A stretch of 64,000 nt of DNA from Centroscyllium fabricii (taxonomy: Eukaryota), in the NCBI GenBank assembly GCA_051313645.2, contig JBNRSN020000017.1:1612001-1676000 (forward strand), in the 5' to 3' direction. Positions 50,801 through 63,925 of the stretch are shown here, one piece after another. Made by a program: the position numbers and the translations under genes. The notes under the pieces were generated by a model. The model saw only the letters and a program-made list of their open reading frames with translations, was not told where the DNA came from and searched no databases. Each line of letters starts with the position of its first letter. Position 1 is the stretch's first letter.

Positions 50801-53800
50801 ATAGTGAGGATTGCAGCTCGGGATAGTGAGGATTGCAGCTCGGGATAGTGAGGATTGCAGCTGGGGATAGTGAGGATTGATTGCAGCTCGGGATAGTGAG
50901 GATTGCAGCTCAGGATAGTGAGGATTGCAGCTCGGATAGTGAGGATTGCAGCTCGGGATAGTGAGGATTGATTGCAGCTCGGGATAGTGAGGATTGCAGC
51001 TCGGGATAGTGAGGATTGCAGCTCGGGATAGTGAGGATTGCAGCTCGGGATAGTGAGGATTGCAGCTCGGATAGTGAGGATTGCAGCTCGGGATAGTGAG
51101 GATTGATTGCAGCTCAGGATAGTGAGGATTGCAGCTCGGGATAGTGAGGATTGCAGCGCGGGATAGTGAGGATTGCAGCGCGGGATAGTGAGGATTGCAG
51201 CTCGGGATAGTGAGGATTGCAGCTCGGATAGTGAGGATTACAGCTCGGGATAGTGAGGATTACAGCTCGGGATAGTGAGGATTGCAGCTCGGGATAGTGA
51301 GGATTGCAGCTCGGGATAGTGAGGATTGCAGCTCGGGATAGTGAGGATTGCAGCTCGGGATAGTGAGGATTGCAGCTCGGGATAGTGAGGATTGCAGCTC
51401 GGGATAGTGAGGATTGCAGCTCGGGATAGTGAGGATTGCAGCTCGGGATAGTGAGGATTGCAGCTCGGGATAGTGAGGAATGCAGCTCGGGATAGTGAGG
51501 ATTGCAGCTCGGGATAGTGAGGATTGCAGCTCCGGATAGTGAGGATTGCAGCTCGGATAGTGAGGATTGCAGCTCGGGATAGTGAGGAATGCAGCTCAGG
51601 GATAGTGAGGATTGCAGCTCGCGATAGTGAGGATTGCAGCTCGGGAGAGTGAGGATTGCAGCTCGGGAGAGTGAGGATTGCAGCTCGGGAGAGTGAGGAT
51701 TGCAGCTCGGGATAGTGAGGATTGCAGCTCGGGATAGTGAGGATTGCAGCTCGGGATAGTGAAGATTGCAGCTCGGGATAGTGAGGATTGCAGCTCGGGA
51801 TAGTGAGGATTGCAGCTCGGGATAGTGAGGATTACAGCTCGGGATAGTGAGGATTGCAGCTCGGGATAGCGAAGATTGCAGCTCGGGATAGTCAGGATTG
51901 CAGCTCGGGATAGTGAGGATTGCAGCTCGGGATAGTCAGGATTGCAGCTCGGGATAGTGAGGATTGCAGCTCGGGATAGTGAGGATTGCAGCTCGGGATA
52001 GTGAGGGTTACAGCTCGCGATAGTGAGGATTGCAGCTCGGGATAGTGAGGATTGCAGCTCGGGATAGTGAGGATTGCAGCTCGGGATAGTCAGGATTGCA
52101 GCTCGGGTTAGTGAGGATTGCAGCTCGGGATAGTGAGGATTGCAGCTCGGGATAGTGAGGATTGCAGCTCGGGATAGTGAGGAATGCAGCTCGGGATAGT
52201 GAGGAGTGCAGCTCGGGATAGTGAGGATTGCAGCTCGGGATAGTGAGGATTACATTCGGGATAGTGAGGATTGCAGCTCGGATAGTGAGGATTGCAGCTC
52301 GGATAGTGAGGATTGCAGCTCAGGATAGTGAGGATTACATTCGGGATAGTGAAGATTGCAGCTCGGGATAGTGAGGATTGATTGCAGCTCGGGATAGTGA
52401 GGATTGCATCGCGGGATAGTGAGGATTGCAGCTCGGGATAGTGAGGATTGCAGCTCGGGATAGTGAGGATTGCAGCTCGGGATAGTGAGGATTGCAGCTC
52501 GGGATAGTGAGGATTGCAGCTCGGGATAGTGAGGATTGCAGCTCGGGATAGTGAGGATTGCAGCTCGGGATAGTGAGGATTGCAGCTCGGGATAGTGAGG
52601 ATTACAGCTCGGGATAGTGAGGATTGCAGCTCGGGATAGTGAGGATTGCAGCTCGGATAGTGAGGATTGCAGCTCGGGATAGTGAGGATTGCAGCTCGGA
52701 TAGTGAGGATTACAGCTCGGGATGGTGAGGATTACAGCTCGGGATAGTGAGGATTGCAGCTTGGGATAGTGAGGATTGCAGCTCGGGATAGTGAGGATTG
52801 CAGCTCGGGATAGTGAGGACTGCAGCTCGGGATAGTGAGGAATGCAGCTCGGGATAGTGAGGATTACAGCTCGGGATAGTGAGGATTGCAGCTCGGGATA
52901 GTGAGGATTGCAGCTCGGGATAGTGAGGATTGCAGCTCGGGATAGTGAGGATTGCAGCTCGGGATAGTGAGGATTGCAGCTCGGGATAGTGAGGATTGCA
53001 GCTCGCGATAGTGAGGATTGCAGCTCGGGAGAGTGAGGATTGCAGCTCGGGAGAGTGAGGATTGCAGCTCGGGAGAGTGAGGATTGCAGCTCGGGAGAGT
53101 GAGGATTGCAGCTCGGGATAGTGAGGATTGCAGCTCGGGATAGTGAGGATTGCAGCTCGGGATAGTGAGGATTGCAGCTCGGGATAGTGAAGATTGCAGC
53201 TCGGGATAGTGAGGATTGCAGCTCGGGATAGTGAGGATTGCAACTCGGGATTGTGAAGATTGCAGCTCGTGATAGTGAGGATTGCAGCTCGTGATAGTGA
53301 GGATTGCAGCTTGTGATAGTGAGGATTGCAGCTCGGGATAGTGAGGATTACAGCTCGGGATAGTGAAGATTGCAGCTCGGGATAGTGAGGATTGATTGCA
53401 GCTCGGGATAGTGAGGATTGCAGCTCGGGATAGTGAGGATTGCAGTTCGGGATAGTGAGGATTGCAGCGCGGGATAGTGAGGATTGCAGCTCGGGATAGT
53501 GAGGATTGCAGCTCGGGATAGTTAGGATTGCAGCTCGGGATAGTTAGGATTGCAGCTCGGGATAGTGAGGAATGCAGCTCGGGATAGTGAGGAATGCAGC
53601 TCGGGATAGTGAGGAATGCAGCTCGGGATAGTGAGCATTGCAGCTCGGGAGAGTGAGGATTGCAGCTCGGGAGAGTGAGGATTGCAGCTCGGGAGAGTGA
53701 GGATTGCAGCTCGGGAGAGTGAGGATTGCAGCTCGGGAGAGTGAGGATTGCAGCTCGGGATTGTGAAGATTGCAGCTCGTGATAGTGAGGATTGCAGCTC

Positions 53801-56800
53801 GGGATAGTGAGGATTGCAGCTCGGGATAGTGAGGATTGCAGCTCGGGATAGTGAGGAGTGCAGCTCGGGATAGTGAGGATTAAAGCTCGGGATAGTGAGG
53901 ATTACAGCTCGGGATAGTGAGGATTGATTGCAGCTCGGGATAATGAGGACTGCAGCTCAGGATAGTGAAGATTACAGCTCGGGATAGTGAGGATTGCAGC
54001 TCGGGATAGTGAGGATTGCAGCTCGCGATAGTGAGGAGTGCAGCTCGGGATAGTGAGGATTAAAGCTCGGGATAGTGAGGATTACAGCTCGGGATAGTGA
54101 GGATTGATTGCAGCTCGGGATAGTGAGGACTGCAGCTCAGGATAGTGAAGATTACAGCTCGGGATAGTGAGGATTGCAGCTCGGGATAGTGAGGATTGCA
54201 GCTCGCGATAGTGAGGATTGCAGCTCGGGATAGTGAGGATTAAAGCTCGGGATAGTGAGGATTACAGCTCGGGATAGTGAGGATTGATTGCAGCTCGGGA
54301 TAGTGAGGATTGCAGCTCGGATAGTGAGGATTACAGCTCGGGATAGTGAGGATTGCAGCTCGGGATAGTGAGGATTGCAGCTCGGGATAGTGAGGATTGC
54401 AGCTCGGGATAGTGAGGATTGCAGCTCGGGATAGTGATGATTGCAGCTCGGCAGAGTGAGGATTGCAGCTCTGGATAGTGAGGATTACATTCGGGATAGT
54501 GAAGATTGCAGCTTGGGATAGTGAGGAGTGCAGCTCGGGATAGTGAGGATTGCAGCTCGGGATAGTGAGGATTGCAGCTCGGGATAGTGAGGATTGCAGC
54601 TCGGGATAGTGAGGATTGCAGCTCGGGATAGTGAGGATTGCAGCTCGGGATAGTGAGGATTGCAGCTCGGGATAGTGAGGATTGCAGCTCGGGATAGTGA
54701 GGATTGCAGCTCGGGATAGTGAGGATTGCAGCTCGGGATAGTGAGGAATGCAGCTCGGGATAGTGAGGATTGCAGCTCGGGATAGTGAGCATTGCAGCTC
54801 GGGAGAGTGAGGATTGCAGCTCGGGAGAGAGAGGATTGCAGCTCGGGAGAGTGAGGATTGCAGCTCGGGAGAGTGAGGATTGCAGCTCGGGAGAGTGAGG
54901 ATTGCAGCTCGGGAGAGTGAGGATTGCAGCTCGGGAGAGTGAGGATTGCAGCTCGGGAGAGTGAGGATTGCAGCTCGGGAGAGTGAGGATTGCAGCTCGG
55001 GAGAGTGAGGATTGCAGCTCGGGAGAGTGAGGATTGCAGCTCGGGAGAGTGAGGATTGCAGCTCGGGAGAGTGAGGATTGCAGCTCGGGAGAGTGAGGAT
55101 TGCAGCTCGGTAGAGTGAGGATTGCAGCTCGGGATAGTGAGCATTGCAGCTCGGGATAGTGAGGATTGCAGCTCGGGATAGTGAGGATTGCAGCTCGGGA
55201 TAGTGAGGATTGCAGCTCGGGATAGTGAGATTGCAGCTCGCGATAGTGAGGATTGCAGCTCGGGATAGTGAGGATTGCAGCTCGGGATAGTGAGGATTGC
55301 AGCTCGGGATAGTGAGGATTGCAGCTCGGGATAGTGAGGATTGCAGCTCGGGATAGTGAGGATTGCAGCTCGGGATAGTGAGGATTGCAGCTCGGGATAG
55401 TGAGGATTGCAGCTCGGGATAGTGAGGATTGCAGCTCGCGATAGTGAGGATTGCAGCTCGGGATAGTGAGGATTACAGCTCGGGATAGTGAGGATTGCAG
55501 CTCGGGATAGTGAAGATTGCAGCTCGGAATAGTGAGGATTGCAGCTCGGGATAGTGAGGATTGCAGCTCGGGATAGTGAGGATTACAGCTCGGGATAACG
55601 AGGATTACAGCTCGGGATAGTGAGGATTGCAGCTGGTGATAGTGAAGATCGCAGCTCGGGATAGTGAGGATCGCAGCTCGGGATAGTGAGGATCGCAGCT
55701 CGGGATAGTGAGGATCGCAGCTCGGGATAGTGAGGATCGCAGCTCGGGATAGTGAGGATCGCAGCTCGGGATAGTGAGGATCGCAGCTCGGGATAGTGAG
55801 GATCGCAGCTCGGGATAGCGAGGATCGCAGCTCGGGATAGCGAGGATCGCAGCTCGGGATAGCGAGGATCTCAGCACGGGATAGTGAGGATCGCAGCTCG
55901 GGATAGTGAGGATCACAGTGCGGGATAGTGAGGATTGCAGCTCGGGATAGTGAGGATTGCAGCTCGGGATAGTGAGGATTACATTCGGGATAGTGAGGAT
56001 TGCAGCTCGGATAGTGAGGATTGCAGCTCGGATAGTGAGGATTACATTCGGGATAGTGAAGATTGCAGCTCGGGATAGTGAGGATTGCAGCTCGGGATAG
56101 TGAGGATTGCAGCTCGGGATAGTGAGGATTGATTGCAGCTCGGGATAGTGAGGATTGCAGCGTGGGATAGTGAGGATTGCAGCTTGGGATAGTGAGGATT
56201 GCAGCTCGGGATAGTGAGGATTACAGCTCGGGATAGTGAGGATTGCAGCTCGGGATAGTGAGGATTGCAGCTCGGGATAGTGAGGATTGCAGCTCGGGAT
56301 AGTGAGGATTGCAGCTGGGGATAGTGAGGATTGATTGCAGCTCGGGATAGTGAGGATTGCAGCTCAGGATAGTGAGGATTGCAGCTCGGATAGTGAGGAT
56401 TGCAGCTCGGGATAGTGAGGATTGATTGCAGCTCGGGTTAGTGAGGATTGCAGCTCGGGATAGTGAGGATTGCAGCTCGGGATAGTGAGGATTGCAGCTC
56501 GGGATAGTGAGGATTGCAGCTCGGATAGTGAGGATTGCAGCTCGGGATAGTGAGGATTGATTGCAGCTCAGGATAGTGAGGATTGCAGCTCGGGATAGTG
56601 AGGATTGCAGCGCGGGATAGTGAGGATTGCAGCGCGGGATAGTGAGGATTGCAGCTCGGGATAGTGAGGATTGCAGCTCGGATAGTGAGGATTACAGCTC
56701 GGGATAGTGAGGATTACAGCTCGGGATAGTGAGGATTGCAGCTCGGGATAGTGAGGATTGCAGCTCGGGATAGTGAGGATTGCAGCTCGGGATAGTGAGG

Positions 56801-59800
56801 ATTGCAGCTCGGGATAGTGAGGATTGCAGCTCGGGATAGTGAGGATTGCAGCTCGGGATAGTGAGGATTGCAGCTCGGGATAGTGAGGATTGCAGCTCGG
56901 GATAGTGAGGATTGCAGCTCGGGATAGTGAGGAATGCAGCTCGGGATAGTGAGGATTGCAGCTCGGGATAGTGAGGATTGCAGCTCCGGATAGTGAGGAT
57001 TGCAGCTCGGATAGTGAGGATTGCAGCTCGGGATAGTGAGGAATGCAGCTCAGGGATAGTGAGGATTGCAGCTCAGGATAGTGAGGATTGCAGCTCGGGA
57101 TAGTGAGGATTGCAGCTCGGGATAGTGAGGATTGCAGCTCGGGAGAGTGAGGATTGCAGCTCGGGAGAGTGAGGATTGCAGCTCGGGATAGTGAGGATTG
57201 CAGCTCGGGATAGTGAGGATTGCAGCTCGGGATAGTGAAGATTGCAGCTCGGGATAGTGAGGATTGCAGCTCTGGATAGTGAGGATTGCAGCTCGGGATA
57301 GTGAGGATTACAGCTCGGGATAGTGAGGATTGCAGCTCGGGATAGCGAAGATTGCAGCTCGGGATAGTCAGGATTGCAGCTCGGGATAGTGAGGATTGCA
57401 GCTCGGGATAGTCAGGATTGCAGCTCGGGATAGTGAGGATTGCAGCTCCGGATAGTGAGGATTGCAGCTCGGGATAGTGAGGGTTACAGCTCGCGATAGT
57501 GAGGATTGCAGCTCGGGATAGTGAGGATTGCAGCTCGGGATAGTGAGGATTGCAGCTCGGGATAGTCAGGATTGCAGCTCGGGTTAGTGAGGATAGCAGC
57601 TCGGGATAGTGAGGATTGCAGCTCGGGATAGTGAGGATTGCAGCTCGGGATAGTGAGGAATGCAGCTCGGGATAGTGAGGAGTGCAGCTCGGGATAGTGA
57701 GGATTGCAGCTCGGGATAGTGAGGATTACATTCGGGATAGTGAGGATTGCAGCTCGGATAGTGAGGATTGCAGCTCGGATAGTGAGGATTGCAGCTCAGG
57801 ATAGTGAGGATTACATTCGGGATAGTGAAGATTGCAGCTCGGGATAGTGAGGATTGATTGCAGCTCGGGATAGTGAGGATTGCATCGCGGGATAGTGAGG
57901 ATTGCAGCTCGGGATAGTGAGGATTGCAGCTCGGGATAGTGAGGATTGCAGCTCGGGATAGTGAGGATTGCAGCTCGGGATAGTGAGGATTGCAGCTCGG
58001 GATAGTGAGGATTGCAGCTCGGGATAGTGAGGATTGCAGCTCGGGATAGTGAGGATTGCAGCTCGGATAGTGAGGATTGCAGCTCGGGATAGTGAGGATT
58101 GCAGCTCGGGATAGTGAGGATTACAGCTCGGGATAGTGAGGATTGCAGCTCGGGATAGTGAGGATTGCAGCTCGGATAGTGAGGATTGCAGCTCGGGATA
58201 GTGAGGATTGATTGCAGCTCGGGATAGTGAGGATTACAGCTCGGGATAGTGAGGATTACAGCTCGGGATAGTGAGGATTGCAGCTCGGGATAGTGAGGAT
58301 TGCAGCTCGGATAGTGAGGATTACAGCTCGGGATAGTGAGGATTGCAGCTCGGGATAGTGAGGATTGCAGCTCGGATAGTGAGGATTGCAGCTCGGGATA
58401 GTGAGGATTGCAGCTCGGGATAGTGAGGATTACAGCTCGGGATAGTGAGGATTGCAGCTCGGGATAGTGAGGATTGCAGCTCGGATAGTGAGGATTGCAG
58501 CTCGGGATAGTGAGGATTGATTGCAGCTCGGGATAGTGAGGATTACAGCTCGGGATAGTGAGGATTACAGCTCGGGATAGTGAGGATTGCAGCTCGGGAT
58601 AGTGAGGATTGCAGCTCGGATAGTGAGGATTACAGCTCGGGATAGTGAGGATTGCAGCTCGGGATAGTGAGGATTGCAGCTCGGATAGTGAGGATTGCAG
58701 CTCGGGATAGTGAGGATTGCAGCTCGGATAGTGAGGATTACAGCTCGGGATGGTGAGGATTACAGCTCGGGATAGTGAGGATTGCAGCTCGGGATAGTGA
58801 GGATTGCAGCTCGGGATAGTGAGGATTGCAGCTCGGGATAGTGAGGACTGCAGCTCGGGATAGTGAGGAATGCAGCTCGGGATAGTGAGGATTACAGCTC
58901 GGGATAGTGAGGATTGCAGCTCGGGATAGTGAGGATTGCAGCTCGGGATAGTGAGGATTGCAGCTCGGGATAGTGAGGATTGCAGCTCGGGATAGTGAGG
59001 ATTGCAGCTCGCGATAGTGAGGATTGCAGCTCGGGAGAGTGAGGATTGCAGCTCGGGAGAGTGATGATTGCAGCTCGGGAGAGTGAGGATTGCAGCTCGG
59101 GAGAGTGAGGATTGCAGCTCGGGAGAGTGAGGATTGCAGCTCGGGAGAGTGAGGATTGCCGCTCGGTAGAGTGAGGATTGCAGCTCGGGATAGTGAGGAT
59201 TGCAGCTCGGGATAGTGAGGATTACAGCTCGGGATAGTGAGGATTGCAGCTCGGGATAGTGAGGATTGCAACTCGGGATTGTGAAGATTGCAGCTCGTGA
59301 TAGTGAGGATTGCAGCTCGTGATAGTGAGGATTGCAGCTCGTGATAGTGAGGATTGCAGCTCGGGATAGTGAGGATTACAGCTCGGGATAGTGAAGATTG
59401 CAGCTCGGGATAGTGAGGATTGATTGCAGCTCGGGATAGTGAGGATTGCAGCTCGGGATAGTGAGGATTGCAGTTCAGGATAGTGAGGATTGCAGCGCGG
59501 GATAGTGAGGATTGCAGCTCGGGATAGTGAGGATTGCAGCTCGGGATAGTGAGGATTGCAGCTCGGGATAGTTAGGATTGCAGCTCGGGATAGTGAGGAA
59601 TGCAGCTCGGGATAGTGAGGAATGCAGCTCGGGATAGTGAGGAATGCAGCTCGGGATAGTGAGCATTGCAGCTCGGGAGAGTGAGGATTGCAGCTCGGGA
59701 GAGTGAGGATTGCAGCTCGGGAGAGTGAGGATTGCAGCTCGGGAGAGTGAGGATTGCAGCTCGGGAGAGTGAGGATTGCAGCTCGGGAGAGTGAGGATTG

Positions 59801-62800
59801 CAGCTCGGGATTGTGAAGATTGCAGCTCGTGATAGTGAGGATTGCAGCTCGGGATAGTGAGGATTGCAGCTCGGGATAGTGAGGATTGCAGCTCGGGATA
59901 GTGAGGAGTGCAGCTCGGGATAGTGAGGATTAAAGCTCGGGATAGTGAGGATTACAGCTCGGGATAGTGAGGATTGATTGCAGCTCGGGATAGTGAGGAC
60001 TGCAGCTCAGGATAGTGAAGATTACAGCTCGGGATAGTGAGGATTGCAGCTCGGGATAGTGAGGATTGCAGCTCGCGATAGTGAGGAGTGCAGCTCGGGA
60101 TAGTGAGGATTAAAGCTCGGGATAGTGAGGATTACAGCTCGGGATAGTGAGGATTGATTGCAGCTCGGGATAGTGAGGACTGCAGCTCAGGATAGTGAAG
60201 ATTACAGCTCGGGATAGTGAGGATTGCAGCTCGGGATAGTGAGGTTTGCAGCTCGCGATAGTGAGGATTGCAGCTCGGGAGAGTGAGGATTACAGTGCGG
60301 GATAGTGAGGATTGCATCTCGGGATAGTGAGGATTGCAGCTCGGGATAGTGAGGATTGCAGCTCGGGATAGTGAGGATTGCAGCTCGGGATAGTGAGGAT
60401 TGCAGCTCGGGATAGTGACGATTACAGCTCGGGATAGTGAGGATTGCAGCTCGGGATTGTGAAGATTGCAGCTCGTGTTAGTGAGGATTGCAGCTCGGGA
60501 TAGTGAGGATTGCAGCTCGGGATAGTGAGGATTGCAGCTCGGGATAGTGAGGATTACAGCTCGGGATAGTGAGGATTGATTGCAGCTCGGGATAGTGAGG
60601 ATTGCAGCTCGGATAGTGAGGATTACAGCTCGGGATAGTGAGGAGTGCAGCTCGGGATAGTGAGGATTACAGCTCGGCATAGTGAGGATTGCAGCTCGGG
60701 ATAGAGGATTGCAGCTCGGGATAGTGAGGATTGCAGCTCGCGATAGTGAGGAATGCAGCTCGGGATAGTGAGGATTGCAGCTCGGGATAGTGAGCATTGC
60801 AGCTCGGGATAGTGAGGATTACAGCTCGGGATAGTGAGGATTGCAGCTCGGGATAGTGAGGATTGCAGCTCGGGATAGTGACGACTGCAGCTCAGGATAG
60901 TGAGGATTGCAGCTCGGGCTAGTGAGGATTACAGCTCGGGATATTGAGGATTACAGCTCGGGATAGTGAGGATTGCAGCTCGGGATAGTGAGGAATGCAG
61001 CTCAGGATAGTGAGGATTGCAGCTCGGGGTAGTGAGGATTGCAGCTCGGGATAGTGAGGATTGCAGCTCGGGATAGTGAGGAATGCAGCTCAGGATAGTG
61101 ATGATTACATTCAGGATAGTGAAGATTGCAGCTCGGGATAGTGAGGATTACAGCTCGGGATAGTGAGGATTGCAGCTCGGGATAGTGAGGATTGCAGCTC
61201 GGGATAGTGAGGATTGCAGCTCGGGGTAGTGAGGAATGCAGCTCGGATGGTGAGGATTACAGCTCGGGATAGTGAGGATTGCAGCTCGGGATAGTGGGGA
61301 TTGCAGCGCAGGATAGTGAGGATTGCAGCGCAGGATAGTGAGGATTGCAGCGCGGGATAGTGAGGATTGCAGCACGGGATAGTGAGGATTGCAGCTCGGG
61401 ATAGTGAGGATTGCAGCTCGGGATAGTGAGGATTGCAGCTCGGGATAGTGAGGATTGCAGCTCGGATAGTGAGGATTACAGCTCGGGATAGTGAGGATTA
61501 CAGCTCGGGATATTGAGGATTGCAGCTCGGGATAGTGAGGAGTGCAGCTCGGGATAGTGAGGATTGCAGCTCGGGATAGTGAGGATTGCAGCTCGGGATA
61601 GTGAGGATTGCAGCTCGGGATAGTGAGGATTGCAGCTCGGGATAGTGAGGATTGCAGCTCGGGAGAGTGAGGATTGCAGCTCGGGAGAGTGAGGATTGCA
61701 GCTCGGGAGAGTGAGGATTGCCGCTCGGGAGAGTGAGGATTGCAGCTCGGGATAGTGAGGATTACAGCTCGGGATAGTGAGGATTGATTGCAGCTCGGGA
61801 TAGTGAGGATTGCAGCTCGGATAGTGAGGATTACAGCTCGGGATAGTGAGGAGTGCAGCTCGGGATAGTGAGGATTACAGCTCGGCATAGTGAGGATTGC
61901 AGCTCGGGATAGAGGATTGCAGCTCGGGATAGTGAGGATTGCAGCTCGCGATAGTGAGGAATGCAGCTCGGGATAGTGAGGATTGCAGCTCGGGATAGTG
62001 AGCATTGCAGCTCGGGATAGTGAGCATTGCAGCTCGGGATAGTGAGGACTGCAGCTCGGGATAGTGAGGATTGCAGCTCGGGATAGTGAGGATTACAGCT
62101 CGGGATAGTGAGGATTACAGCTCGGGATAGTGAGGATTGCAGCTCGGGATAGTGAGGAATGCAGCTCAGGATAGTGAGGATTGCAGCTCGGGATAGTGAG
62201 GATTGCAGCTTGGGATAGTGAGGATTGCAGCTCGGGATAGTGAGGAATGCAGCTCAGGATAGTGAGCATTGCAGCTCGGGAGAGTGAGGATTGCAGCTCT
62301 GGATAGTGAGGATTACATTCGGGATAGTGAAGATTGCAGCTCGGGATAGTGAGGATTGATTGCAGCTCGGGATAGTGAGGATTGCAGCTCGGGATAGTGA
62401 GGAATGCAGCTCGGATAGTGAGGATTACAGCTCGGGATAGTGAGGATTGCAGCTCGGGATAGTGAGGATTGCAGCGCAGGATAGTGAGGATTGCAGCTCG
62501 GGATAGTGAGGATTGCAGCTCGGGATAGTGAGGATTGCAGCTCGGGATAGTGAGGATTGCAGCTCGGATAGTGAGGATTACAGCTCGGGATAGTGAGGAT
62601 TACAGCTCGGGATAGTGAGGATTGCAGCTCGGGATAGTGAGGAGTGCAGCTCGGGATAGTGAGGATTGCAGCTCGGGATAGTGAGGATTGCAGCTCGGGA
62701 TAGTGAGGATTGCAGCTCGGGATAGTGAGGATTGCAGCTCGGGATAGTGAGGATTGCAGCTCGGGATAGTGAGGATTGCAGCTCGGGATAGTGAGGATTG

Positions 62801-63925
62801 CAGCTCGGGAGAGTGAGGATTGCAGCTCGGGAGAGTGAGGATTGCCGCTCGGGAGAGTGAGGATTGCAGCTCGGGATAGTGAGGATTGCAGCTCGGGATA
62901 GTGAGGATTGCAGCTCGGGATAGTGAGGATTGCAGCTCGGGATAGTGAGGATTGCAGCTCGGGATAGTGAGGATTGCAGCTCGGGATAGTGAGGATTGCA
63001 GCTCGGGATAGTGAGGATTGCAGCTCGGGATAGTGAGGATTGCAGCTCGGGATAGTGAGGATTGCAGCTCGGGATAGTGAGGAGTGCAGCTCGGGATAGT
63101 GAGCATTGCAGCTCGGGATAGTGAGCATTTCAGCTCGGGATAGTGAGGAGTGCAGCTCGGGATAGTGAGGATTGCAGCTCGGGATAGTGAGGATTGCAGC
63201 TCGGGATAGTGAGGAATGCAGCTCGGGATAGTGAGGATTGCAGCTCGGGATAGTGAGGATTGCAGCTCGGGATAGTGAGGATTGCAGCTCGGGATAGTGA
63301 GGATTGCAGCTCGGGATCGTGAGGACTGCAGCTCGGGATCGTGAGGACTGCAGCTCGGGATAGTGAGGACTGCAGCTCGGGATAGTGAGGACTGCAGCTC
63401 GGGATAGTGAGGACTGCAGCTCGGGATAGTGAGGAATGCAGCTCGGGATAGTGAAGATTGCAGCTCGGGATAGTGAGGACTGCAGCTCGGGATAGTGAGA
63501 ACTGCAGCTCGGGATAGTGAGGACTGCAGCTCGGGATAGTGAGGACTGCAGCTCGGGATAGTGAGGACTGCAGCTCGGGATAGTGAGGACTGCAGCTCGG
63601 GATAGTGAGGACTGCAGCTCGGGATAGTGAGGACTGCAGCTCGGGATAGTGAGGACTGCAGCTCGGGATAGTGAGGACTGCAGCTCGGGATAGTGAGGAA
63701 TGCAGCTCGGGATAGTGAGGATTGCAGCTCGGGATAGTGAGGATTGCAGCTCGTGATAGTGAGGATTGCAGCTCGTGATAGTGAGGATTGCAGCTCGGGA
63801 TAGTGAGGATTGCAGCTCGGGATAGTGAGGAATGCAGCTCGGGATAGTGAGGAATGCAGCTCGGGATAGTGAGGAATGCAGCTCGGGATAGTGAAGATTG
63901 CAGCTCGGGATAGTGAGGATTGCAG
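23881..63925 (+). repeat. 40-kb satellite array of the 22-bp monomer CTCGGGATAGTGAGGATTGCAG, about 1,800 copies, single orientation
   Basis: Continuous head-to-tail monomers. Recurrent variants include GGGAGA, GATCGC, GACTGC, TTACAG, 20-bp TTACATTC, 21-bp CTCGGATA and 26-bp GATTGATT. Both junctions with unique DNA are visible. Confidence 0.99.

Noticed and set aside
23881-63925. CRISPR-like or telomeric array
   Set aside because: Monomers are directly adjacent with no unique spacers, there are no cas genes, the DNA is vertebrate, and the unit is not TTAGGG-based.
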